A stretch of DNA of 64,000 nt from Lama glama. Its lineage: Eukaryota. The first letter of the stretch is position 1; every line of letters begins with the position of its first letter. This document shows, one piece after another, positions 23,100 to 35,960 of the stretch. Both the position numbers and the translations under genes were made by a program. Where the stretch lies: assembly GCA_028534125.1 (NCBI GenBank), contig CM052816.1:34598001-34662000 (forward strand), given 5' to 3'. The notes beneath the pieces are model-generated. The model searched no databases. It was not told the DNA's origin and saw nothing but the letters and a program-made list of their open reading frames with translations.

Positions 23100-23760
23100 A
23101 CCAGCTAAGAAAAAACCAAAATTCTCTTGTGTGCTTTCCCCAGACCATAGCTACTACTCTGAATTTGAGTGATGGCTGCATCTGTCACTCCCACCTGACC
23201 CTACTGCTAAAGGCTTAACAAATGTTCTTCCGGACACTGAAAAATCAAACGTTGACCCCCATGTCAGCAAAATGCTGTTGCTGAAGTCACTACAAACCTA
23301 TTAGCAGAATCCAGTTTACCTGGAGCAGTGCGTATTGTGAGGGCTAGGCTGGTTGGCTATGCTAGCCAGATAGTTCTCAGAAGCACTCCAAGCCTGTTTT
23401 GCAGGAATAATTTAGCTATAACCAAGGAGTTTATATATCACAAGGAACACAAAGTTGACTCACCCCAATAAAAGATACTTATCACTCTTAATACAGTTAA
23501 TGCCTCCAGTAGGATACTGCTTGTGTGGACATCAGGCCTATACTTGCCTGACAAAAACCAGTCTAAAGTCTTTAATGCTGGTGGTTATAGACAATCACAT
23601 TGCTCCAGAACTCCTGCTGGCCGGTCAAGGTAAAAGACATTCAAATGGCGACACCTGTTGCTGCGCTTGGCTTACTGAATCAGGGAAGGTGGGACAGTCT
23701 ATCTCCTACCTTAGAGAGAAAGCAGTGTGGCTCTCTTAGGTCTATCTCAGAGGCACCTGA
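23100..23760 (+). pseudogene. Retroviral env remnant (gamma-type SU/TM), deleted and disrupted
   Basis: QTIATTLNLSDGCICH (decayed SU CWLC-type motif); PPVGYCLCGHQAYTCL; SLKSLMLVVIDNHIAPELLLAGQG..NGDTCCCAWLTESGKVGQSISYLREKAVWL = heptad repeat, immunosuppressive domain and decayed CX6CC of a gamma-type TM. Confidence 0.8.
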
Positions 23761-23934
23761 GATGTGCCTAGCTGGCTTGGCTCTGGTTGGGGAGCCTGTT
23801 TGCAATTTATCCTTCAAATAGGTCATATCATCCTGCTAGGGGTCAGAGTTGGGGTCAGTCTCATCTGAGGTAGCCTAAGGCAAATGGAAAATATTTGGTC
23901 CAAGCACCTGCAATTTATCAGTTAAGTAGGTAAT

Positions 23935-24490
23935 CTAATGGGGACCTAAACTCCTGAAAATAATTCTTTCTTGGGTATATAAAAGGTCAGGGGTAGAGTT
24001 ACTGAGAGACAGCTCTGCCTCCTCATAACCTTACATGGCTTTACATTGGCCAGACAGGCAAGTCTGACCAGAGTCTTAGTGGAATGCCCCGCAATTCCTC
24101 CTCGACCAGGGGAAGATAAGCTTCTTGTGAAGAGCTGCCAAGAGGCTGCCATAAAACCATTTCTCATCCAACTCCCTAATTTCAGCTAAGCACAGGACTT
24201 TAACCCCACCTTCCTCCAGATACAGCTGCAAGCTTCTATATAAGTCTAGAAAATGCCCGGCTGTAGTTTAGATGGCTTCTCAGTAACGGATCAACCATCA
24301 CTACTGTCTTTGTCATTGGGTCCCTCCAGTTCATTGTCATCCAGGGGGACTAGAGATGTGGGGAGGTGACACCCTGCTGGTATTTTTTTTTTTTTTGCTA
24401 TGCAAGTAATAAATCATCTGAATCCAGATAAGCCTGTGGTCATCTTACTGGCTGAATCTCTCAGTGTGGTATGCCAACCTAGCAGCTTCA
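23935..24490 (+). mobile_element. 3' LTR following env (MER54/MER73/MER74-like, tentative)
   Basis: Follows env; TATA-like ctatataag ~24236-24244; AATAAA ~24408; ends ccaacctagcagcttca. Start approximate. Confidence 0.6.
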
Positions 24491-25084
24491 GTTGTGATCC
24501 TTGTGAATCTTTAGCCACCACACTGCTGCTTAGGAGCTGCTCAGCCACTTGTTACTTAGAAGGGCAGGAATTTCTGTCTGAAGGATGAATAAAGCTGCTA
24601 TAATTCACGGGGATATACTCATATGAAAAAGTAGGGGTGAGCAGAAGCAAGACTTTGACATTTTGGGGCAACCAAAGGCTATAGGGATGAAGCAAGTGGA
24701 GAGAGATTGAAGACACAGGAAAAAGAGTTAAGTAGAAGATCAAGGTGGTAGAGAAGAAGATGGAGCGTTGGAGGTCTGTAGCTCTGGTGGAGAGAATCAC
24801 TCTGGAAAGGAAGATGCCCCACTCCCACCCTGGGACCAAAGAAGCCTCCTCCATGTCCTTTTCTATCATGGTGTTCCTGTTATCTTACGGTCTGTCTCTT
24901 ACAAGGTCTCCTGCCTATCTTGCCCTAATGTCACCACTTTCCCATATTTGTGAAATTTAAAAAATTTCAATGACATATCCTTGCCTAAAATCCATCAGTA
25001 GTTTCTCAGCACCTTCAGGTTTGATTCTAATCACATTAGTGTGGACCCCAAGTTCCTGCAAGCTCTGACCTCTGCCTTTCTTCC

Positions 25085-25451
25085 TCTTAATTTTTAAATT
25101 TTAATACAATTTTTAAAGGTTACTTTCCATTTAAAGTTATTCCAAAAAATGGGTATATTCCCTTATTTCACAATATACCCTTGAGCCTATCTGATCCCAC
25201 TCCCCCACCAGTATGTTGCCCCTTCCCCCCCACTACTAGTTAGTATTAGTTTGTTCTCAATATCTGAATCTGCTTCTTTTTTGTTTTATTCACTAGTTTG
25301 TTGTATATTTTAGATTCCACATATAAATTATACCATATGGTATTTGTCTTTCTCTTTCTGACGTATTTCACTTAGCATAATGCCTTCCAGGTCCATCTGC
25401 GTTGGTGCACATGACAAAATTTCATTCATTTTTATGGCTGAGTAGTATTCT

Positions 25452-25506
<55 letters not shown>

Positions 25507-25660
25507 ATCTCACATCTTCTTTATCCATTTATCTGTTGATAGACATTTAGGTTGCTTCCATGTTGGCAATTGTAAATAGTGCTGCTATGAACATTGGGAT
25601 GCATGTATCTTTTTGAATTTGTGGTTTTGATTTTCTGGGGTGATGTACACCCAGGAGTCT
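25085..25660 (-). mobile_element. 5'-truncated L1 3' end (artiodactyl-type) containing a (TA)n microsatellite at ~25457-25504
   Basis: ttagattccacatataa...catttcacttagcataatgcc-like and ttgtaaatagtgctgctatgaacattggg; flanked by ctgcctttct direct repeats (25072-25081, 25666-25675); sits inside an L2 fragment. Confidence 0.88.
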
Positions 25661-26793
25661 GGCTGCTGCCTTTCTATCCAGCCTTATCTCCTATTGCGCT
25701 TTCACATATAGTCTTCACTCTGGTTATGCTGACCCACTTCCCTTCTCTCTAATGGGCCAAGCAAACAGGGCTACTATGTATGGTTGTGCAGACAGCACAC
25801 TGAACATCTCCAAGAAGTGCCATACATATTGCTGATATTGTCAGTTTGTATAGTTAGAACTGTTTTCTGGAAGATGGCAGTAGATTGTCTTATTCTAATA
25901 AAATCAATATAAAAGGAAAATTTTGTGACAGACAGAAGTAAATTACTACCTTGAAGAAGAGCCAATTTTATAAAAACTTGAACAAAGTTACACCTCAAAT
26001 CCATGGTATAATTCTTTATGTTTGGAATGTCCTTCAGTTCCCTTGTCCGCCAGCAAATTCCTCCTTCCACACAGGGAAACTCAAACACTATCTCTCTATC
26101 TCTATCTCTTCAAATATTACCAGGTGTTTTTTATAGCTACTTATCTCATGGTCTGGAAGTGTTTGTGTCCTTTTCCCTCTTCTGAGTTGTCTAGGGTTGG
26201 GTTTTTCATATTCATCTTTATTCATTTCATCCTGAATGGGCACATGAGGTGTTCTGGATCAGAGGCAGATTTCTTATTATCCCACAGTAGGAACTGCATG
26301 CTCCCTCTCTCAGCTTGCCCCAGGCCTTACCCCTGGGACCAAGTGATGAAAGCCAATGGAAGCTTTCTTACGTGAGTGGCCAGATACTCTGTAGACAAGG
26401 GACAAGGGAAAAGGATTCTTCTCCTTATAAAAGTAAAAGAGGCAGCTGCCCTCCACCTCTCCTGAAAGTGTCTCCTTATGCCAGATGTCTTCTAGCTCCA
26501 GGGCCTCATTTCTATTTGAAATTTAAATCACTAGAAAGATAGCACTCCAGTCTCCCCAGGACCTTCAGAACTAACCTAGGTACCTTCCCTAGGATATAAA
26601 TTTTTGCTTTGGGGAAGATAAAGGAGTTTTTATTAACCCTTTGGATCATAGCAATTAGCTCTGTCATTAGGGAAACAGGTAGCTACAGATCTAATCCTTA
26701 TGGTAGGAGAAAATGTTTCTAGGAAAACTGAAAGCGAACATTGTCTATAGTGCACACATTACTGTGGCTTAGGAGGCTACAGACTCTTACAGG

Positions 26794-26795
<2 letters not shown>

Positions 26796-26823
<28 letters not shown>
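26796..26823. repeat. (CA)n microsatellite
   Basis: Direct reading. Confidence 0.95.
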
Positions 26824-26828
<5 letters not shown>

Positions 26829-28289
26829 GGAAGTTTTATTTTTCCACTTCTAGAAGCCTACATGAGGGAGGGTCCCATGCCATAAAGATTTCTTCTGATT
26901 CCTTCTCCAGGACACACAGTTTTTGTGATTTGGAGAAAGTTGTATAACATCTCCAAAACTCCATTTCCTAACATTACCACATTTGGATAATAATAGCTGT
27001 GCTTCAGCATTTGCTGTAGGATTACAAGAGATAACAAATGGCATATTAGGAGAGCATTACCCAGATGCCTTCCATTTTCTCTGGGAAAGGGGAAGATGGG
27101 TTCCATGAAGGGGTGAGTAGGGTAGAGAACATTTGAAATAGTCACTGTGGAAAGTGGGAAGTCCACATAGATAATGGGACAGCAGTGATTTGTTATAGAG
27201 CAAGTCTGCAATTTTCTCTCCCTGGCTTGAGAGCCCAAGGAAAATGGACTCAGGATGATCCATGAAGGGCCTTTCCTACCAGGATCCAAGAGCAATGGCC
27301 ATACAAGGAGTGCTCAGGACTGAGAGCGTATACTGTGCCCTGCCCCTCTCCCACTTAAATACGTTTTTTGCAGTGGAGATTTGTTAAAATGAGCACTCAA
27401 TGTTATCTTAAATAGGAAAAGAGCCTGGGGTGAGGTTTCTAGAAGGTGTGAGGTCCGGAGATGAGAGGCTGTATATCCATGCAAAAACCTCAGGTTATAT
27501 TTGGTAATAACGGAAAATTTCTGTCTTCCCATGTCAACTTTTACTCTAATATGTCTGAGGTCTTCAAATGCCTAATACATCATATCTGGGGTGAAAGGTT
27601 GGAAGAGGGTAGAAACAAAGTTCTAAGAACTTTAGAAAATTTTGTAATTATGTTTGCATAAAACTATAAAGAATGGAGAATTCAGTTATTTTCTCCCCTC
27701 CACCTGTTGGGAAGAGCAATCTGCCAACACATTATTTCTACACATTATTTCTGGGTATGCCAAGGATATAGAGCCCAAACTACCCTTTACTTGGGTCATT
27801 TCTCAGGGTTGCATTTGCAGCAAGCAACCAAGTAATATCTTCTCCCAAACAAAGAGCAGGCTCACTTACCAAACAGTATAAAAGCAGTAAATTCCCTGAG
27901 TTTAATATTCCTTGGCTGTGACAGAAAACTACTGTCTATGTGGACCCTTCCCCTCGGACGCCATGGGGTTTGAGAGGTCATGGGAAACTAGTGCCAACAT
28001 TGTGCCAATGCTTTGACATGCTCCTTTGTCTCTCTCTAGTCCAGGCATCTTGTGTTTTCTGCTGGCATCTGTGAAATGGTAACAGGCCCCAGACTCTTCA
28101 CAGATCCTGAAACTACTCACCTACCTAAGAGAATCTGGACATTATTGACATAATCTCCACCTCCCTGTGCCTCTCCTCCCATGGAAGGAAGCTGAGAGAG
28201 TGCGTGAGCCAGCCAACATAATAAACTTCTGGCAAGGTAAGGAAAAGAGAGCTAAAGGAGGAATGCCTCTTTTTCATTGTCCTTCTCAT

Positions 28290-28445
28290 TTAAACTTATT
28301 TATTGACTTATTTTGTGACTATCTCTCTCAATAGAATGCAAGCTCCTGGAAGTCAGGGACCTTTTGATTTACCACTGTGTCTTAATGAGTAAAGGAGTGT
28401 CTAGCAGTGTTGAGGCTTAGTAAATACTTGTTGAATTAATTAACA
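28290..28445 (+). mobile_element. L2 3' end
   Basis: tagaatgcaagctcctggaagtcagggacc...cttagtaaatacttgttgaattaat. Confidence 0.75.
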
Positions 28446-28699
28446 GATTATCTGAGCCCTGAGCCACAAGTTAAGGTGAATTGGTGGTACTCATAATAGA
28501 AGTCTGTTTGCTCTTCAGCTGCAATTAAAGCTATTCCTCTCATCTTTGTGAATCAGATCTTTGTGTGCCAAATCTTTATGTTCCTATACATTTTTTAAAG
28601 TTTTTTAAAGAGAATTTCCTCCCATATTACTTTACCATTCACCTCAGTTACTAAAGGATATCCAATAAGAGGACAGAAAGAAATGAACTGTACGGTGAG

Positions 28700-28980
28700 T
28701 GACCATTCAATGCTGGGTACTTTATGTGTGTTGCTTCATTTAATTCTTATAACTCTGCAAGATTAGTATATTGATATCTATTTCATATATATATATATGT
28801 ATGTGTATGTATACGTGTATGTGCACATACATGTATGTATACCTAAGTTCCCTTTATATATACATATATATGAATTTTAAAAAATATACAAGGGAACTTT
28901 GATACACAGAGGTTAAATAAGTTGCTTTAGGATACATATATGGTATAGCTTATTTTTTCTGGTTTCAAAACCCCTTCTGT
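28700..28980 (-). mobile_element. MIR split by a TA/TG-rich simple repeat
   Basis: tcatttaattcttataac and cacagaggttaaataagttgc. Confidence 0.6.
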
Positions 28981-29063
28981 GTTTGCTATATCATTTTATA
29001 GAGTTATAATACTTTGTACCTTGTGTTACAGTAAACAGATTTTCTGAAGTAACGTCTAGGATG

Positions 29064-29595
29064 TGTATTGGTCAAGGTTCAGTGTAAATAAATAGAAACA
29101 GTTCTAAGTATTTTAAGCAGGACTGGAGAAATTAGTTAACAGACTAGGCCTCTAAGAATGAATGATTCTAGCACAATACAGAGTTGACCTATCAGTGGAG
29201 CTATTACTGCTGAGGATGACTGGAACACTGGGTTCAATGACACAACCCTATGATAGAAGGTGGAGTCAAAAAGCTACTGCTCTCACTACTGCCACAATTG
29301 CCTATTGGCTTCCAAGAGGTTAAATAGTGAACCATGGAACATTGCTCCAGAACACTTTACCTGTGACCTTAATTATAAAGAAATACAGTCAGAGTGGTCA
29401 TGAGGATGCTTTCAACTTCTCTGTTTTCTAAATCTTGCATGAGTATATCTAATTGACAGACCTCATTCATACCCATAGCCTTAGGTGCAAAGAACTTTAG
29501 GAAATGTTTTAGCTTCCAGTCTCTGCATTATGAAAGCTGCCATAATAAGAATGTAGAATGGACTTTTGAGTGACCCAACCTGCAGTACTTACCCC
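29064..29595 (-). mobile_element. Ancient ERVL LTR (LTR33-like)
   Basis: tgtattggtcaaggttcag...ctaagtattttaagcag and ccttaggtgcaaaga...ggaaatgttttagcttccag. Confidence 0.55.
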
Positions 29596-30207
29596 AGGCA
29601 GTATTTGGTGAAATACAAATACTTACACAGAAATAATAGGTTCAAATGTTTAAAACTGACTCTCTCCAGGAAAACCTCTACTACATGATTATTTATTTGA
29701 ACTCCAGAGTCCTTACAGTCAACTCTTAACGGCTATGATTTATCCTGGGGAAAATATTCCCTATGTATGTTAAGGCCAATATGATATCTAAATGTACATA
29801 TATCAGAGACAGGAAAATTATTTGTGATGTAGAATCATCATTTTCGCTTTTCTAAGCCTGTCATTTGCTGACACTGTTATTGGCATGATTTTTTAGAAGA
29901 GGAGGCTTACTTCCAGCAAGCCCCAGGCCTTTCTCAGGATTCTCTTTGGCTCTGATTTCTCATATGCCAACACAGTACTCAACTAGGAAGGGCTTAACAA
30001 TTTAGTACTTTAAAACTCCAAAGACACTTACTTAGCACATCCAAACATTTTACATGGAGGCCCCAGAGAGGCAAAAAGATTTGCGCAAGATCTCATGGAG
30101 ACTAGACTAGAAGCCAAGTTCTCTGGCTCACTGTCCAAAGCTTTTTTTTTTTTTTTATCACAACATAACCAAGCCTTAGACTGTATGCTTCCTAAGTTCA
30201 GTGATAT

Positions 30208-30232
30208 TGTGTGTGTGTGTGTGTGTGTGTGT
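30208..30232. repeat. (TG)n microsatellite
   Basis: Direct reading. Confidence 0.95.
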
Positions 30233-30499
30233 AATTCCATTTATATCAAGTTCACTAACAGGCAAAACTAAGCTATATTTTTAAGGAAGCATACTTACAT
30301 GTTAAAGTGTGAAACAGAACAAGGGAGTATTAACTATCTAAGTCTGGTTAGTGGTAGAGGTGGGGAGTTACTAGGAAAAGGCAAGTGGAAATGTCTGGAA
30401 TGATGGTAGTATCTTAGGATACTCAGTTTTGTAGAACTCAAGCTTTTTTTTTTAACCCACTGTAATATATTTGATATTTTTGTCTTTAATAACACTTAG

Positions 30500-30720
30500 T
30501 TTTAGTACTTACTGTATAATAGAGACAGACTAAGTGCTTTCCATGGATTTTTTAATTTAATGCTCATAGGAACACTCTAATAGAGGCTCTATTATTATCC
30601 TAATTTTATAGATAAGGAAACCGAGGCACAGCCTTTACTAGCCAGACTAAATCCACACAGTTAGGTAGCTGTATTTGATTCATCTGGCTCCAGTGTCTTT
30701 TGCTTAACTATTCTGCTAAT
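30500..30720 (-). mobile_element. MIR
   Basis: ctattattatcctaattttatagataaggaaaccgaggcacag. Confidence 0.8.
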
Positions 30721-30928
30721 GCTAGCCACCAGAAATTTGGTGGGTGAGTAAATTTTGGACCCTTTTTATTATTATTATTTTACAGTCATAGAAGTTATAG
30801 TTATGAAAACCACATTAATAAAAGAAAAATCTGGATGAAAAATTATACACAGACCCAGAACTGTGATTACATCTATGATAAAAATGTAAATGCACCTGGA
30901 TGAAAGACCAGAATACAAAACACTGTTA

Positions 30929-31706
30929 AAATAAATGCTGGAGAGGGTGTGGAGAAAAGGGACTACTGTTGGTGGGAATGCAGTTTGGTGCAGCTATTGT
31001 GGAAAACAGTATGGAGATTCATCAAAAAAATAAAAATGGATTTGCCATATGATCCAGAAATCCCACTCCTGGGCACATATCCAGGGATCCTTAATTCAAG
31101 AAGACACCCGCACCCAAATGTTCATAGCAGCACTATTTACAATAGCCAAGACATGGAAACAACTTAAATGTCCATCGACAGATGACTGGATAAAGAAGTT
31201 GTGGTATATTTATACAATGGAATACTACTCAGCCATAAAAATAATAAAATAATGCCATTTGCAGCAGCATGGATGGCCCTGGAGAATGTCATTCTAAGTG
31301 AAGTAAGCCAGAAAGAGAAAGAAAAATACCATATAATTTCACTCATATGTGAAATCTTAAAAAAAAAAAAGACAATGAACTTATATATAAAATAGAAACA
31401 GACTCACAGACATAGAAAACAAACTTATGGTTACAGGAGGAAAGGGGGTGGGAAGGGATAAATTAGGAGTTTGAGATTTGCAGATACTGACAGATATATA
31501 CAAAACAGATAAACAAGTTTATACTGTATAGCACAGGGAGCTATATTTGATATCTTGTAGCGTACAGTGAAAAAGAATATTAAAACAAGTATATGTATAT
31601 ACATGTATGACTGAAACATTGTGCTGTACACCAGAAATTGACACAACATTGTAAACTGACTATACTTCAATAAGAAAAATCCTATTTAAAAAAATTAAAA
31701 ATAGAT
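30929..31706 (+). mobile_element. Young 5'-truncated L1 (ORF2 C-terminus, 3' UTR, A-rich tail)
   Basis: ORF2 end ([63 protein letters not shown]); perfect 12-bp TSD aaaacactgtta at 30917-30928 and 31707-31718. Confidence 0.95.
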
Positions 31707-33478
31707 AAAACACTGTTAGGTTGATGGTAGCAGCACTGTTAGGTGCTTTTTCCCCTCTCTTCTCTGTTTTCCAAATTTATTTTAAAGTGGTTATATTAAA
31801 TTTATAATGGGGAAGTGTGCTCTAAAATAAACTTCCCATTTACCTGAAACATAAAATTTCATTTCCATACACTTCTGCAGCTTTGTATAATCTTTTAGCA
31901 GCCTCTTCTGTTCAATGAGTAACTTCATTACTAAATTGATGGCAACAGTTCATTCTAGCTATGCAAATCACAGATCCACAGTCAGCTGAGGAAAAGACAG
32001 ATAAAAGATTACATTAAAAATTAAAGCAATGTGTGGAGATCTGGATAATGTGCTTATAATTATTTTGACATATTTAATATTTATGCAATTACAAAGCCAG
32101 TCACAACAAATCTTAAATTGTAAGTCATACTTCTTTTGCCCTTTGATATTTTTGACCTTGAACTGAGACTGCCAAATAATATACAAGAAATAGCTGTAGG
32201 AGAAGCATTTCCTTTGGTCTATAAATAATAAATGCTTTTTCTTAGAAAGTGATCTCATTTCTTCCTAGCCTTTGTTTATTTTCAACGCCTTGTGTTTTTT
32301 TCACTCTGTTATATTCTGATTACCCTTGAAAAGCGCTGGGCTTTCAGTCTTCCACAGTTTGGTTGTGTTGTTTTCTGGTGCTGCTACTGTGATGTGTTTT
32401 CTGCCAGAGGAAATTTACAGGCACATTAGCCTACTTGACAGGCACAATGAGCCACAAGTCTCACCTAAGGAGAAACTACCACGTGCTGTGATGAGGTTTT
32501 CTGTCTCTCCATCTCACACCCCCCCTTACACCTTAGTACCCCACCATGATTCAGATAGAAATCCCAAGCACTTTTGCTAATCGGTATTGCTTTGGATCCT
32601 GGATTTAACTCTCTGGTTCCTGGTAACAGAATTGCATTGGTTCTGCAGTTAATTCATATTTCTGCAACAATCTGACTTCAACAGTTTATGGATAAAGCCT
32701 GTGTCTTCACTTACAGCCAAATAGATGCCAAGTAAGGGATGGATGGGAACCTTTTTGTTCCTATGATGAGTCATTGACACAAAGGGGAGAAAACAGCACC
32801 TGAGAACTGTACAAAGGAAAAGCAATATCATTAAACTCTATGGAGGGTGTCAGAGAAAAAGCTGAAACACTTAATTTACTTTTCTCAGTGTATCATAGAA
32901 AAATGGTCAAGAATCAATGAAATTTATTAAAAATTCAAAAACAGAAAATGAGACATGAATGAAAGGGTAAACTCTTTCCTTGGCAGATTCCAAATAAATT
33001 GGAGTATTACCCTGCAACCACTAGGGAGCCAAAGGCCTGTGCATGTTCACTTTCATATAGATTATGCCATCCATTAGGGAGTAAATTTGCTAAGATATAG
33101 CAGTTTTGGTACATTCAGACCCTGACTTCATGCTAAGCTCTCTGTTCAATTTAAAATCTTCCAGTCCTTTTAAATAATTTTTAAATTTTGAGAATAATCC
33201 CTTTATCCTTAGTATGTTTGAACCATAAGCATGTAGCTATGTAACCTACAGAAATTATTTAGAAGAATAGTCCAAAATCACATGTAAGTTTCTTGCTTGA
33301 TTCTCTGCCAAGAAGCAGATATTTGCTAGGCCAATCTGTAACATTGGTTTGAGCTGCTGTATTTGTTGAATGAATAAATAAATGAATGAACCTTGCATTG
33401 TCTGGAAACCGGGAATAGGTGGCTTCCTGGTAGATTTATTCTTTAGAGAATTTACTGGGAACATTCTTAGTTTGGCCC

Positions 33479-33810
33479 TGTCCTAGTCAGTTCAGGCTGC
33501 TATAACAATATGGACTAGGTAGCTTTTAAACAGCAGAAATCTATTGCTCGCAGATTTGAAGGCTGGAATTCTGAGATCAGGGTGCCAGCCTGGCTGGGAG
33601 AGGGCTCTCTTCCAGGATGCCGACTTCTCACTGTGTTCTCCTGTGGCAGAAGGGGCTAGGGAGCTCTGTGGAGTCTCTTTCATAAGAGCACTAATCCCAT
33701 TCATGAGGACTCTACCTTGTGACCTGAGCACCTCCCAAAGGCCCCACCTCCTAACACCATCATATTGGGGGGTTAGGATTTCAAAATAGAAATGGTGTTG
33801 AAAATATTCA
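33479..33810 (-). mobile_element. MaLR solo LTR (MLT1A0-like)
   Basis: tgtcctagtcagttcaggctgctataaca...ctgagatcagggtgccagc...cacctcccaaaggccccacctcctaacaccatca. Confidence 0.88.
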
Positions 33811-35724
33811 GGCCGCTGCAGGCCCCATACCCTTTTTTTCTCTTTCTTGGGGCCATGCTCTCCCAGAGGTTTCAGTATAGCCAGATACAGCTGTGTTCTC
33901 ACCTGTGCCGTCTGTCCCTCCCCATCTTTAAGAGGAGACAAATAACAGTTTTTCGGTTCTGGCAGCCTGATGGTCCTTGGAGAGACTGACTTATTCTTCA
34001 GGCTCCCTGAGAGTGAGAGCAGACTGCAGATTCCCATCTTGAAAGTGGTTCTTCCTTAGTCTGGTTTTCTGCAGTGGCAGTGGTTCTCCTCTCTGCCTTT
34101 TGCTTCTCTGTAATGACTGCAGGGATGAGGAGACAGATACAGTTTTCCAGGTTGTCAGGATGACAAGAGGTCCTTCTAGCTAGTTCAGAACAATGGCAAC
34201 AGTCACCATTAATCTTGCCCATCATCTGGAAAATACAGAATACCTGAAAAGCAGGAATTATTTATCCTCACACAAAGAAAACCAATGTGCCAGTCTCTAG
34301 ACCTTATATATAGCCCTTCTCCATCTAAATGTCTTTAGAAATAGAGTTCATTAATCTAGGGTGATTTGAGTAAGATTCTTTCTGAAACAGCAGGCCAATT
34401 TAGATAAAGCCCAAGGTGTCTTTAAATTCATTTCTTGTTTGTTTTGTTTTTTAACTGGAAAGGTCAGAAAACAATGGGTAAATTTTCAAATTTCTGTCTG
34501 CATCTAAACCAGTGGGAAATTTACTCTAATTTTAACACTGAAATATTTTAACAAATAATCATCAAATGCTTACTGTATGCCTGGCAGTCACTGTTGTAGA
34601 TGCTGGAAATATAGCATAATGTGTATATTGAACCTTCAACGGGAAGACTGCATATAGAAACTGAGAATTCATCAGGCTCTCTGATGACTCCATTCACGTT
34701 TTCTGTACCCATTCATCCTTTAAACTGTACTCAGGTGAGCTCTCCAAATGGTGGGTTTCACTTGCCTCCCTGGTCCCCTAGGACTAAGCAGAAGACATTA
34801 GATCCCAGCTCCTTCATCCCCAACCTCAGCCTGGTGGATGCATTTTCATCGGGGTGAGTATACCTAGGAGCAGAATTTTTATCATCTCCTCAAAGTCCTG
34901 AGGACTTTTTCTTTCAGTACCAAAAACTACTGAAAGTCAGTGCCTGGGTAGATTAACTGCCAAAAAGGACCCTGAAATGTGGAAGCATTTGCCAGTCTGA
35001 TTATCTGTGCTCATAGTTATCTGGGGAGCTGCTACAAATGTATAGAGGGGGAATATTACTCATTTGGAAGCCTGGCTGTCAAAGAAAATCTGAACCCAGG
35101 AGCTTTTCTCCTAAGAACCCCTGTGACATTTTATTCTTTAAATAAATCTTTTCTTCCTTTCCTTAGGTAAGAGATTGACATTTTAAGATCAATCATGCCT
35201 CTGCTTTGCAGGGTTGGTTGACTTAGAACAGGATAAATGGAAATTAAGCAAAATTTCCATTTTTGAATAAAAATGCTCAAAATAGCTATATTCTAACTCG
35301 GTATAAAAGAAGGATGCTCTTCTCCCAGTGGTCATTCTCATTACTGTGGTTATCTCAAGACCTTTTGATGTCAAAATTTCACCCTCTTTTCTCTAAAAGA
35401 ACCATTCTGAACATATCTGAACATACACTTGCTATTTCAAAAGCAGCAGAAAGCAAAGGAATCCCATGCTACATTTTCTCCATTGTAGGTAAGGATATCT
35501 TAATGATTCTGATACAGTCACATGTTACCAGCTTAGCATCATGGGATGCTTCAGCTTGTTACTACATGCTATAGGTGAATTCTTTCCTCCTGTTTATATT
35601 ATTTAGCAGCCCCTCCTCTTGTTCATAACGGGCTTGTTGCAATTGGCTATCCTATCTGAAAAACAGATTTTACAGTGCTTTCAACTAATTTAAAATGATA
35701 TTTTCAATTATTAAGGCTCCTGGA

Positions 35725-35960
35725 CCATTCAGTTAGTCAATGCACATTTATTGTGAGTCTGCTATGTGCCAGGCACTGGAGGGGTGCTGGGTACCATAGA
35801 ATTCCAGGGAGAATGCTGTGATCAAAGGATCAACTAGATGAGGTCAGGAAATACTCTTCTAGGACCAGCCTTACCCATGACATGTGTGGCCTGGGCAAGG
35901 CTGTCAACCTCTGGGATTCCAGTTTTCTCACATGTAAAATAAGGGGTGGACAGAGTCTAA
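35725..35960. mobile_element. L2 3' fragment plus MIR fragment
   Basis: catttattgtgagtctgctatgtgccaggcactg; cctgggcaag...agttttctcacatgtaaaata. Confidence 0.55.

Noticed and set aside
23455..23739. env fragment as a domesticated syncytin/suppressyn-like gene
   Set aside because: Non-ATG start, no signal peptide, furin site, fusion peptide or anchor, and key ISD and cysteine residues are decayed.
33492..34037. 181-aa minus-strand ORF
   Set aside because: More than half is MLT1A LTR sequence; no homology or exon signals recognised.
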